Shown here: positions 29,640 through 41,487 of the stretch, one piece after another | Layout: each line of letters opens with the position of its first letter | Numbering within the stretch: the stretch's first letter is position 1 | DNA from: Trichinella spiralis | Taxonomy: Eukaryota | Direction: 5' to 3' | Assembly: GCF_000181795.1 (NCBI RefSeq) | Contig: NW_003526943.1 | Coordinates: 4,243,228 to 4,307,227 of the forward strand | Length of the DNA: 64,000 nucleotides | The notes under the pieces: model-generated | Databases searched by the model: none | What the model saw: only the letters and a program-made list of their open reading frames with translations | What the model was told of the DNA's origin: nothing | Made by a program: the position numbers and the translations under genes

Positions 29640-32600
29640 ATGAAACGCTGGCACCCCTTTGGCATACCTTTTCACAATGCATTTCTGTTGTTTTGTATTA
29701 TTATTAAGGTATGGCATGATATCTAATATTCCTGAAATAACCTGAGCATTAATGTTTTTTATAGGAAACATTTTCACAGTATTGTGGAAATCCTTATTTT
29801 GAACCATATTTGACAAATCCACACTATCCGAACCAAATTGTTGGTGAATGGGTTGCAAGGCCATATTCATTTCCATGGACTGTTCATGTATTAGCTCATA
29901 TTTCTGGATTCTGGTATGAATCTTGTGGAGGCAGTCTGATTTCTTTTGACTATACAAACGCCAGTGATACTGTCCTCACTTCATCCCATTGTGTTAGAGT
30001 AAAGTGAGAAATATTTTTATGCAAATTTACATTAGGCGAAATATAAATTAGACTGGCAAAAACACCCATTATGTCGTTAATGCTTATTTAGTACATAAAA
30101 TAAATTATATAGTATATATATAGTTAAGATAATAAAATGGAAATGTTTAATTGTTAATGCAAAAATGAATTGCAAGCTTTCATTTATATCTACCGTGTAA
30201 GTTTTGTAAAACAATATTTAAAGGAATATTTGAGGTAAATAAAATTTCTTTTGTGTTTAACAGTACTTAAAATGAACATTTTGTCAGCAATCGTCTTGTG
30301 GATGCAAATGCAATAACTGTGACAGCAGGTGCATTTAATATAAGGGAATTAAACGAACCCCACAGAGTCACTTCAAAAGTCCTGGCATACATGTCAGATA
30401 ATTTTGGTGACGTCGGTAAACCAAATGACGTCGCTATGTTGCGTTTAAAAGTAAAGATTCCGCATTCTCACTACATCAGTTCAGTCTGTTTGCCATATCC
30501 ATTCCAAGAGATACCATATGGAGAAACGTGTTTTCTTTCTGGTTGGGGTTTCACTAGAGGTAATTAAATTTCAAATTCAATTAATGCATTAATGTAATAA
30601 AGAAAGTACTTTTTGAAAAATCAGGAAGACCACTGTCTGAATTGCGTCAGGTTGGAATCCCAATTTTACGAAGCAGCAACTGCCGATTTACTGATGCGTA
30701 TGATATTTTTTGCGCAGGTGATATGGGTGAAGGAAATTATTCTTTCCAAGTAAGCACTGTGAAATATTTTTAAAACTAAAGGAATGTAAAAGTACTTATT
30801 CATAAAAAATCAAAGAAATTGTTATTTAGATTGATTCGGGAGGACCTCTAGTTTGTAAATTAAATGATTCCTATGTTCAAATTGGCATAGTTAGTTTTGG
30901 TTACAACCATGCTGGAAAGCACCACCCTGGTATTTATTCAAAAGTTCCTTATTATTTGAATTGGATATACAATCAACTGTCATGGCTTCCTGATTCATTT
31001 AACTCTTCAGATATCGGAGGCGAAGGTAATGTAAATGAACTAACTTTTAAATTTAGTAATATGTGGTATTATAAACAAGTTATCACTTCATTTTTAATAT
31101 TTACATAATGCTTGAATAATCGTGCATCTGCTTTCAGTTTTATATAAATTCACTATTAAACATAATTGTTCTACTTTATTAGAGAATTATTGCTGGCTTT
31201 AATACTAAAAAATCTAAATATGCGCTTTGAATAAGTAACTAAGCCCTTCACGCAGCTGCTCAATATTGTCAGTAAATAACATTTTGCCTCAAAAATAATG
31301 TTCATATTGCAACATTTTCAGAATCTGATTGTCCAGATGATTGTTACCACCCTTGGCGATCCGTCTTCAAACATTTTAAACATCGCAAGGCGTCATTCCG
31401 TAATCATTTTTATTTTTTTTTGTAGATGTAAATTTACAATACATAATTGTATATTAAAATAGGTGCTTTGTACATCAATTTTAGATGACGCATGGAAGAG
31501 CAAAAATTTCGGAAACGAAAACAGCTCTTTTTTCACAATTACTGTGGTCATTTCTAAACAAATCAATGCCTTTGTTCAGAAGTAGATCGTCTTTTATAAA
31601 TAAAGTTAGCAATAGTTTTAAGGAAAAAAGCGGAATTTTAACTTAGCTAAATATAGAAATAATGCAATAATAATTAAATCATTTCTCTAAATAAAATGAT
31701 CATTCCACCATTGAAAAGTAAAATACATTCAGATATAGAATCTTTGGAAAGTACTGAAGGTGATCCTAGTGATTGGTCTCCATATTCAACTAACCAGCAT
31801 TACCAACTTGACCGTGAGGTCATAGAGTGAATTTTTCCAAGTCCCAACTACTATTAAGATTTACTTGCTGCATTATCAACTTGCCATATTTTAGTTAGGC
31901 TTCACTTGCCATTATCTGACTATAAGTGCATTTTTCGATAATGTCGTTCCTGTGTCCCAGGTTGCCATTAGGTCGTTTATTTAAATGAAAAAAGTACTGT
32001 TTTGTCCCTCGTCAGACTGTCATGCATAATAATACATGTGCATGATAAATCTTTTGGATACTATATGTGCCCCCCCCCTATAAATTAGACGCATCAACAC
32101 TCCTGAATGCAGATATATATAATGCAGATATAGATAAAACAATGCAGTAGAATGATTCGCAGTTGGTGAACCTATAATTTTAAGTTATGCCACAGACACA
32201 GCTAATCACGGCGAGTTGACTGCTGTGGCGACTTGATTTTGACCCATTCAGGTGAAAGTTATAACTGTAATCTTCAAAACTGAATTATTCTATTAGAATA
32301 TCATAAAAATGAAGAGAGTTTATTTATTTAGGAAATCGTCCACCGTATTCACATTCACTCAGACTTACAATGAATGAGAATCGTCCACCACCACCTCCAG
32401 ATTCTCAAAATTTTGGTAAAGTTTAGATTAAAATATTCGTAAAAGTTTTACATTTTTTACAACTGTGAATGAAGGATGCCTTACTTTGCTGCAGTAACTG
32501 TATTTGTACAATACTGTATATATATATTTTTTTATTCATATTTTTTGTATGAAAAATGAATTATTTTTGACATCATTTTAAAACCGCATAAAATAAGTAA

Positions 32601-34761
32601 AAACCATTAGCAGAAGAAGTTTTAAGTTTTTTAATTTTTCAGTAAATAATGTTTGTGTTAGACATCAACTGGGTGGAAACGGTCATTTACATTCAAATTT
32701 TAAAAATTCAGGTATTAAGAGTAGACGTTTTGTGAATAATTGATAAATAAGTTTATTTCTTATCACATTTTTGTTATAACAGCAATGTTTTAGAAATATC
32801 AGTATAAAAAATAGATTTCATTAAGAAGATCAAATGTCAAATGTTTTTGAAAATTGACCACCAATGGATTTTATTATAGCAGTCCTTTTGTTGATAATTC
32901 AGGTTCACATTGCCAGAATACGAAACTATGTCATTTGATATCTGAATGGATGTATAATTTTAGTCTGATGAATGCCATAAATAATTTTATTATCTGTATA
33001 AAATTATTGAAGTTCTTATTCTTTTTATTGAGAATATCCATTTCATTTCCAAAATCTTTTTCTGTGAATGAAAATCGTCCACCTCTTCTGAATGATAGAT
33101 ATTCAAATAAAATGTGGATGAATGTATTTCAAAAAAAAATTACTTCATAGTAAAGTATGATCTAACTAGTGATTTATCTAACTTTAATTGCATCAAAAAA
33201 TTATGAAATAGGCTAATTAACTTTTGCTTTAGAAGCATGATCTCTTTGAAACTTAAAAAATGAAATCCACTGCTTAAATTTGTAAATGATCAATCATGTT
33301 TGTGCAGCAGGATTTTATTTTATTGCAACAAATTCATTTGAATTCACAAGCGGCAGCAGCTGCTTTTTTAATTGTTTGGAACATTGTTTTTTTGACGCTC
33401 ATAATGAAAAATTAGAGTTTAAAAAATGTTGAGCTGCTTTGACATGTTGTGTGCTAGAACATTTTTAAGTATTCTGCACTATTTTATATTATAGAAATAT
33501 TTTAAAAATTAGTCGCATCTTTCATGTAAATGATGCTATGTTATTTTATATACAATAAAATACATTCAGATATGGAATCTTTGGAAAGTACTGAAGGTGA
33601 TCCTAGTGATTGGTCTCCATATTCAACTAACCAGCATTACCAATCAAATTATGATGGATCTCAGACAGGCAAAGGTATTTACTTACATACACTCAAAATT
33701 ACAAACGTGATAGGCCTAAAAACAGCTAATGAAGTAACAGCATGGCAGTAGTGGAGATAAAATTAAGTGTTTCATAAAAACATTAATAGCTAAACAAAAG
33801 ATGCCGCATTCTTCATTGAAGCATTTTCATTTCAAAACAGCGGAATAGATCAACTCACCGCATGATCAACTCGACACTTGACCGTGAGGTCATAGAGTGA
33901 ATTTTTCCAAGTCCCAACTAGTATTAAGATTTACTTGCTGCATTATCAACTTGCTATATTTTAGTTAGGCTTCACTTGCCATTATCTGACTATAAGTGCA
34001 TTTTTCGATAATGTCGTTCCTGTGTCCCAGGTTGCCATTAGGTCGTTTATTTAAATGAAAAAAAGTACTGTTTTGTCCCTCGTCAGACTGTCATGCATAG
34101 TAATACATGTGCATGATAAATCTTTTGGATACTATATGTGCCCCCCCCCCTATAAATTAGACGCATCAACACTCCTGAATGCAGATATATATAATGCGGA
34201 TATAGATAAAACAATGCAGTAGAATGATTCGCAGTTGGTGAACCTATAATTTTAAGTTATGCCACAGACACAGCTAATCACGGCGAGTTGACTGCTGCGG
34301 CGACTTGATTTAGACCCATTCATATAAAAGTTATATCTGTAATCTTCAAAACTGAATTATTCTATTAGAATATCATAAAAATGAAGAGAGTTTATTTATT
34401 TAGGAAATCGTCCACCGTATTCACATTCACACAGACCTACAATGAATGAGAATCGTCCACCACCACCTCCAGATTCTCAAAATTTTGGTAAGTAAAAGTT
34501 TTACATCCTTTACAACTGTGAATGAAAGATGCCTTACTTTGCTGCAGTAACTGTATTTGTACAATACTGTATATATGTATTTTATTCATATTTTTTGTAT
34601 GAAAAATGAATTATTTTTGACATTATTTTAAAACCGCATAAAATAAGTAAAAGCCATTAACAGAGGAAGTTTTAAGTTTTTTAATTTTTCAGTAAATAAT
34701 GTTTGTGTTAGACATCAACTGGGTGGAAACGGTCATTTACATTCAAATTTTAGAAATTTAG
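29640..34761 (+). CDS. Trypsin-family serine protease homologue, copy C, with internally duplicated Pro-rich tail (terminal exon not fixed)
   Basis: Open five-exon core: NQ-IVGE..LTSSHC / NDVAMLRL..SGWG / FCAGDMGEGNYSFQ / [23 protein letters not shown]. Phase-1 tail exons at 31322-31399, 32332-32415, 32643-32711, 33570-33674, 34404-34487 and 34693-34761. The stop exon may start at ~34971 or ~35204. Confidence 0.87.
31806..32247. mobile_element. MITE-like element, 5'-truncated copy fused to tail exon 8 in gene C
   Basis: cttgaccgtgaggtcatagagtg..ggcgacttgattttgaccc is near-identical to 25504-25941; the left TIR is deleted. Confidence 0.65.
33841..34318. mobile_element. MITE-like element, full-length copy in gene C
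   Basis: Near-identical to 25467-25943 and at the same position relative to the tail exons. Confidence 0.65.
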
Positions 34762-36430
34762 GTATTGAGAGTAGAAGTTCATTCATTTGAATTCATAAGC
34801 GGCAGCAGTTGCTTTTTTAATTGTTTGGAATATTGTTTTTTTGATGCTCTAAATGAAAAATTAGAGTTTTAAAAATGTTGAACTGCTTTGACATGTTGTG
34901 TGCTAGAACATTTTTTAGTCGCATCTTTCATGTAAAGGATGCTATGTTAGTTTATAATTCAGTTTTATAGATTTTAACTGTTGATTTTAATTCAGTTTTT
35001 CACATGCTGTGGTGCATTTTATTTCAACTTTCTGAATTTTGTGAGTCATGAGATTTTTACACTTTAAGCATATGTACATTTTAAATGATTTACTTATATG
35101 CTGATATGTGCATGTAAGCTGCACTCATCATTTCCATGTTATTGCTTTGTTATTTACCAGTTATTTTGCAAAAATGATCATAACTTACTGAAATGAATTT
35201 TAGACTCTTTTTACTGAAGCCATGCAGCTTTGCGGCATTGTCATTCTTTAGTTTTGACGGAGCGCAAGCATCACTCCAATACAATTATATATAAGGAATG
35301 GACTTTTAAAAGAATTAGCAATTAATATAATTCTGTTTGTTTTTAAAATGCATTGTATGTTAATAAAATGAATTGCATCACTTGATAGCAATAGCAAAAG
35401 GAATGGTAAAAAAAGCACTTTCTTTAAATTGATTGCACGCATACATCACTGTGGAATCCAGCGATACTGTACTCTCAATGCCTGCAAATCAACTTTGCGT
35501 CAATTTGGAAATGGTGATTCGCCTTGGACCATCAACATAATGAAATCTTACGAATCATATTGTGTGCTGGTTCACTGGGTGGCACAAGTCAGCGTATTTT
35601 GATCTTCCTTACCCACTGAAGCTGGTTGAACAACAGAGCATGGTCCTATATAAAGATCTGTGGACCAGACTCAAAAATGTCAGTGCGTGAAGTGTGTGTA
35701 GTGTGTAGTGCGAGTGTGTGTAAAGTATATGAGCGTAAACGAAGTGAGATAGAGATTCGCAGACCAAATTCACGATCTTGACGTTGTGGCTATCCTTTCA
35801 TTTGAATTATGTTCGTCTTGTCCTGAATCAAAATAAAAATGATCACCTTCCAAATGTGTGTGACTGTTCTTTTTTGTGACGACCGACTCTTCGATTTGGC
35901 TTTGAGCCGAATTGAACTACGCGCGCAAGCCATCCAAAGCAGTCCAATTCCAGTTAGCATTAATTTTGTTGCCATCATATTAATTGTTAAATAATAATAC
36001 TGAAATTTTGAAAACAGCTCTTATTACGTGAATACTCTTAATTATATAACTCTGCGTTTGTGAACACATGAGCACGAATGCACTTACTTGAATGTTCCTT
36101 ATTCTATGTATTCATCATTTAAAAAATTAATCATTTTTTACATAAAATTTGTAAATTTGAAATTCATGAAATTCATTATTTGAAAGCAGAATTATACGTA
36201 TCTGAAAAATTCCACCACAAGATGCTTAAATGGCAATTTTTGCATTTTCATATTCAAATTTAGATAATTTTGCACCCCACTGCAAAAACAGATGCTTTCT
36301 TACCACAAAGGCATAGAAAATTATTTGCATCATATGGAAAGGATATGATACTGATCACCATGAAACATCAGTTTATGATTTGAAATGGAAATATTGCAAT
36401 GAGAACCATCAGTTAGTTAGTCATCAGTGA

Positions 36431-36791
36431 TATACTTGAAACAAATTTGAATTGCTCATTCAGTCATCAGGATACTTCATATTTTTGCTTATTAGTATTC
36501 AGCAATAAATTTATTTATAAAATACAGTTTTTTGCATTTCCTAATTGTTCTTTTCTGACTGAAATATATCAAGAAAACTGCAGATTATGAAATCGCGATA
36601 ATTAGAAAGCATATCTGTGCTTGTATCCCTTACGCTGCCAATGGCGTATTCGTGGAGATGCCGTCCATTTTATTATCGGCATCTGCGAAGCGATTAAATA
36701 TCGATTAAATATATTGATGAATAAATTTACATGTCTGATTATTTTCTTACTTTTAAAACATCTCCAATGTAATCAGCAAAAAAGCTTGTTA
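36431..36791. repeat. Second copy of the 18512-18866 segment
   Basis: Direct sequence similarity; both copies contain the same ORF-track peptide LNILMNKFTCLIIFLLLKHLQC. Confidence 0.9.
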
Positions 36792-37799
36792 AATTTATTT
36801 ACCAGATATTTAGAGAAATTGAGAAAACTTGCGAATCTCCAAAATACTCATTCCTGATATTATTATGTAGGTGACGTTACGCTAAATTTGATGATATATC
36901 ATTTGTCACATAAAAGTTATTTTATGCCTAGTAACTATTTTTTGAACTGTTAGTGTCGAAATTCAACTGTTCAAAAACATGGCCAAAAAGCCTTGTTTGC
37001 GATTGCAATTCCCGTAAGATGTGATAAGATGCGAATTTAATTCGATATCAATCAATGCAAAAATAAATATTATGTGGATTTATGAACCCACAGGTGATAA
37101 GTATTGTAATATGTAGAGTTTTTTTCTTATAGGACCAAATATGGTGGAGGTACATCGACACGTGTTGGCGCTTGCAGATGGCTGCTCAGCTTTTTGATTC
37201 AGAAGTGATTTTTTCCACATAAATCTCTGTTTGCTGAAAGTATGCCACTTATTAAATAAATATTCGCTGAAAATTGCCATCATTGCTGCACTGCATTAGT
37301 TGTTCATTTTTGGTGCTGCACTTCAACAAATACGTTGTAAATGCGGTTAAATTACAAGCATCAATTGGAAAATTTACGACTCTGCGTTTGATTAAACGCA
37401 ACTGCTTGATGTTTTAAAGACAAATTTTCTTGCGGTTACATTTTTGAGTATAATTAATTATATTTATCCATCTTCTTATCATAGCTAAAAAATGTTCATA
37501 TCATAACTTTAAGCTAAGCTAACTCGGTTTATTGCTTGCATACTATTCGGCATTTTATAGAACTTATTCCAAAGCTTGCTTTCTATTAATTTATTTGTTA
37601 ATTTGATGAAGCTATACATATATTTCAGTGGTAAAAATTTATTCAGTGGTAAAAAGTATAATACAATGCAGACAATAAAATACAATACTATATAATACAA
37701 TACAATGCAATATAATATACTATAATACAAACAAAGAAAACTGCACAAAGAATAAGAAAATACAAAATAATGGAGCAGAAAAGGTGGCACCCAGAAATT

Positions 37800-38645
37800 C
37801 ATCGGCTCAGGAACATCATACGCAACAGCTCTTTAAAACTGCTCCATTGTACGCGTACCGTCATCGTATTCTGCAGTCTGTGCAGTTATGCGTAACTGCA
37901 CTTCTTCATATTTATTGTTTTTTACCCGTAAATCATTGGCGGTAACACGTCCTGATGTCGCTTGCTGAATCAACGTTTCCTTTAATCCCTGCACATCGAT
38001 CAGCAAACAGATCAGTTCGTAAAAGCTAAGGTGACGTTTTCCTGCTAGCCGGTTCATTTTGAAGTGTCAGCCTTCTAAATGATTGTTTGTGCATGTCTGT
38101 ACATTATATACATTCCAGAGGGGCAGCTTGTTAGGGGTCATCCATTTTCTTCGGAAGTAATCAAGCAAGGCTGCTAATGAAACCGTAACATCTGTGCCAA
38201 GCAGATCCATGATATCAGGTACTTCAGGAAGCAGCAAAAATGCTGTTGCCACCAGCATTTTGATCTTTTTCTTTGTTTCCACTTCATGAAGGTACCTTGT
38301 CCGCAATATAAGATCTGCCACCTTCCGCAGAACTGCTTAGCAGAAATGAAAGTAGCAGCCTTGGACGTGGATCCCCGGAAACGATCCCTGCACTGCAGGG
38401 ATGAGGGCGGTCTCAAAGTCGCAAATGATGGTTTGTGGCTGAAGGACAACCCCTAACGCTGCCGCTTTTGCAATTAAATTATCGAATATTTCACAATAAG
38501 TAGCTAAGTCTTTTCTAACAGTCAGACTATATACAAGGGGAATTAATTTCGATTTTTTAAATACATGAATGGTGAACAGCTGCTGGTACCATTCAGGAAC
38601 AATTTTAAATGTTCCATCCATGCACCAGACGGATTCTGCAGTCAA
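37800..38645 (-). mobile_element. Mutator-like (MULE) transposase pseudogene fragment
   Basis: WCMDGTFKIVPEWYQQLFTIH..PLVYSL..PQTIICDFETALIPAV..VQGCYFHFC* then ..YFRRKW..WNVYN..TNNHLEG*H... These are MULE DDE-domain motifs, with in-frame stops. Confidence 0.92.
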
Positions 38646-38649
38646 TTCA

Positions 38650-39290
38650 GTTTCTTTTTATTTGATCTTTAAGAACATGCATCTCGTTTTGAAATACTTC
38701 TGCCTGCAGAACTTTTAATCAACATTCGACTGCTGCTACCATCTCGTTGCTCGTCATGTTATTTAAACTTGTATTTTCTTTAAATCTTCTATGAAACCAA
38801 CAATAACATGCAGTTATTCTTATTATTAAGTTCAGTTTCCAGATTTCTCTAAAAACACATATCCAATCCAATTCTTTTTGTTCGTCTCTTTGTTGGAATG
38901 GTCTATCGATCATCCTCAGTATTTTGTCTCGGATATCATTCTCTAGGCCTCTCTTCTCTCGCTAACCAAACAAGAGCATTCCACCATTCATTGAAATTTG
39001 TTTGTTTTCTCATTGAAACTGCTCTAGTTATCATGTCTGCTGAAATGCCTTGAAATGACCAATAACTCAAATTTGCTGATCCAACCATTTCCGATGTTCA
39101 TTTTCCCCAAACACCTTCCAATTTATAGAAGAGCATCTGATCCAACATAAAGTAATCTAGCAATCATTCCAACAATATACTTTTCCTTTTCCAATCGTTA
39201 AATCGACAGTATTTCTCTGAATAGGGCATAATACTGTAAACCAACTCTAACCATAGCAGTGTAACTTTTTAATAAGGTAACTTTATTCTG
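38650..39290 (-). mobile_element. Decayed Bel/Pao retrotransposon pol fragment (RNase H to integrase linker)
   Basis: Frameshifted pieces KVTLLWLEL, VYCWNDC, WIRCSSINWKVFGEN, SADMITRAVS..EWWNALVWL and LIIRITACYCWF..EMVAAVEC*LKVLQAEVF. They correspond to Bel/Pao TLPRLEL, WSDS, WIRS..WKPFV.NR, NPAD..RG..WW.GP.WL and LIRVTAY..RF. Confidence 0.75.
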
Positions 39291-40361
39291 TTGATACCAG
39301 ATCTATCAAACGTTGCTTTGAAGCGGCAGCCGTTCTGATGCAAGCAATTCCACTATATGCTATTTTGATACCTCACTGAATGACAACCAGACTACATTAT
39401 TTTATTTATATATCTTCTACAGTCTCTGCTACAGTATTCTTCTTGGCATTCAAGGTCTAACTGGAGTATGAAATATTTAACAGAGTCATATCTAAAAACT
39501 GTATCAGAATGTAATCTACAAGAAATATTATACCACACTAACATATTTTATTATGCAGTTTCTGACTGTAAGTATGCTATTCCCAAGTAGATATTCCTAG
39601 ATAACTAGTTTGGGAACACCCACAAGCAGCAAGCATTAATTTTAAGTACCCAAAATTAAAGCATTAGCTTTAAATAATCCAAAGTCATTTAAAAGCAACA
39701 AATGACCAAAATATATTGGGATAAAAAATAGCATGATTGCATAAAATTTAAGAAAAGCTGGTCAACACTAGCAGCGTAGAGGAGAAATTAACTGACAGAC
39801 AAAAAGGCAAAAGAACAAACAGGCAAAAGCAAAAAAAGGCAAAAAACACAAAAGAAGTTGACATGATTAAGAAATCTATCTGTCAACTAATTGTAAATCC
39901 GTCAGAGAGATTGCATCTGTCAAGCATTTGTTTATTCGCGTTTAAAACCGGAAAACATCCTCAAAAAATAATGTTAATTTGCACATTCATTAAAAAAATA
40001 ATAATTAAAAAATTTTTTTAAATAAATAAGTACATCGTTACAATTAACAATTGTTTTGTAATATCTTACAGTTGTTTTAATGCTTGAGTTTTAATTATAT
40101 TACAGTATAAATATTCCAGGTGTTAAACGAGCATTGTTATTTAAAAATAGTTACTTTTTAATTTTTCATTGCAGTATTGTATTTTTCTGAATTTTTATTT
40201 ATAGTATTAGATAAAATTTTTCAAGTATATTTTGTTAATTATTATTGTGTGTTGTGTTTATCGCGTGTGATTAAACAGGATGTTTGGCCCTTTAGATCTT
40301 TTCCTTTATGTTTTGATGTAAATTATGTGAAGTAAGATTTTATTTGTTTCAGCGTTTCGGA

Positions 40362-41019
40362 ATGGTGAAAAAACAGAAGGATAGCAGTGAGAAATCGAAA
40401 AAGTTAAGTCCAGTAACGCGTGAATACACCGTGCACATGCATAAAAGAATTCACGGAATGTAAGCATATTCTTTCGTTCGTTTTTGCTGGATGTTGTAGT
40501 GATTGTTTTTAGTGGATTTAAAAAGCGTGCACCTCGTGCAATTAAAGAAATAAGAAAATTTGCGCGACAACAAATGGGAACAGACGATGTTCGTATTGAT
40601 ACCCGACTAAATAAGCATATTTGGAGTCGTGGCATAAGGTTTATTGTTTTTACAATATGTTTATTGATAGGATAATATATTAATTTTATAAATGATTTGC
40701 GTGTTTATCATTTGTATATACTGTTATTGCATAATAATTTTTTGTTTGAAATATTACTGTTTGTAATGAGTAGTGTTTTTTAAATGATGTTGTTATTTGT
40801 ATTTGCAGAAATGTGCCGTTTCGCATAAGAATTCGTTTAAGTCGCCGGGAAAATGAAGATGAAGAATCAACTACCAAAGCTTATACTTTAGTTACTCACG
40901 TTCCAGTTGAAAGTTTCAAAAGTAATCTTTTTTATTTTCGATTTTTCTGTTTCTGATTCTTTTTCTTTTGATTATATTTTTCAGGATTGCGAACAATTAA
41001 TGTCCAAGCAGAAGATTGA
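40362..41019 (+). CDS. RPL31: 60S ribosomal protein L31 (eL31), 4 exons
   Basis: Exons 40362-40459, 40513-40638, 40809-40921 and 40985-41019 give [85 protein letters not shown] at ~41059. Confidence 0.97.
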
Positions 41020-41487
41020 AATTTTGTATGAAAGGGGTATTTGAAGTATAAGCGATGGAAATAAAATTGAATTTAATTGTTTTTGCTTTGTTTATGTTTT
41101 TGTATTAATAATCTGATAATAATTTTCCAATATATATCGCAGTGTAAAATTGGCAGATTAATTATGTTTATTGAAGATGAAAACATTTAATATGGAGTTT
41201 TATTTGGTTGTAAGTAATATTATTAATTGAAAAGAAAATTAATAAACTAGCTTTTATTTATTTATTTATTTAAAATATTAACAGTGAGCGTAGATGAGTT
41301 TTTAAAATGCAAAAATATAGTAGTCATTATTGAAGGCATTTTGAAATGTTTTGCCTGCGCAGTGAGACTGACGGTCAAACTTTATGGCAATGGAAAGCTT
41401 TTTCTATGAAAAAGAAATGACCAGCGGCAATATTTCAAATGGACATTTCAGTGGCAGCACTAGTTTCCAGACTAGAGGCACTGACTA

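Larger units (their letters stand above)
31720..34957 (+). repeat. Tandem duplication inside the copy C tail (unit 1 ~31720-33557, unit 2 ~33558-34957)
   Basis: Both units start aaaatacattcagatat(a/g)gaatctttggaaagtactgaagg, contain the MITE and the Y and Z exons, and end gtcgcatctttcatgtaaa..gatgctatgtta. Each unit carries a different internal deletion. Confidence 0.9.

Noticed and set aside
22653..29957. Similar antisense ORFs at 22653-22862 and 29634-29957
   Set aside because: Shadows of protease exon 2; the similarity comes from the sense-strand duplication.
35440..35978. Higher-GC stretch with GT-rich repeats and a 62-aa minus-strand ORF with a hydrophobic start
   Set aside because: Could be an LTR remnant or an orphan exon, but no termini, TSD, domain or exon chain could be established.
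37509..37802. 97-aa Tyr/Ile/Cys-rich ORF
   Set aside because: Translation of a degenerate (TACAA)n low-complexity tract beside the MULE relic.
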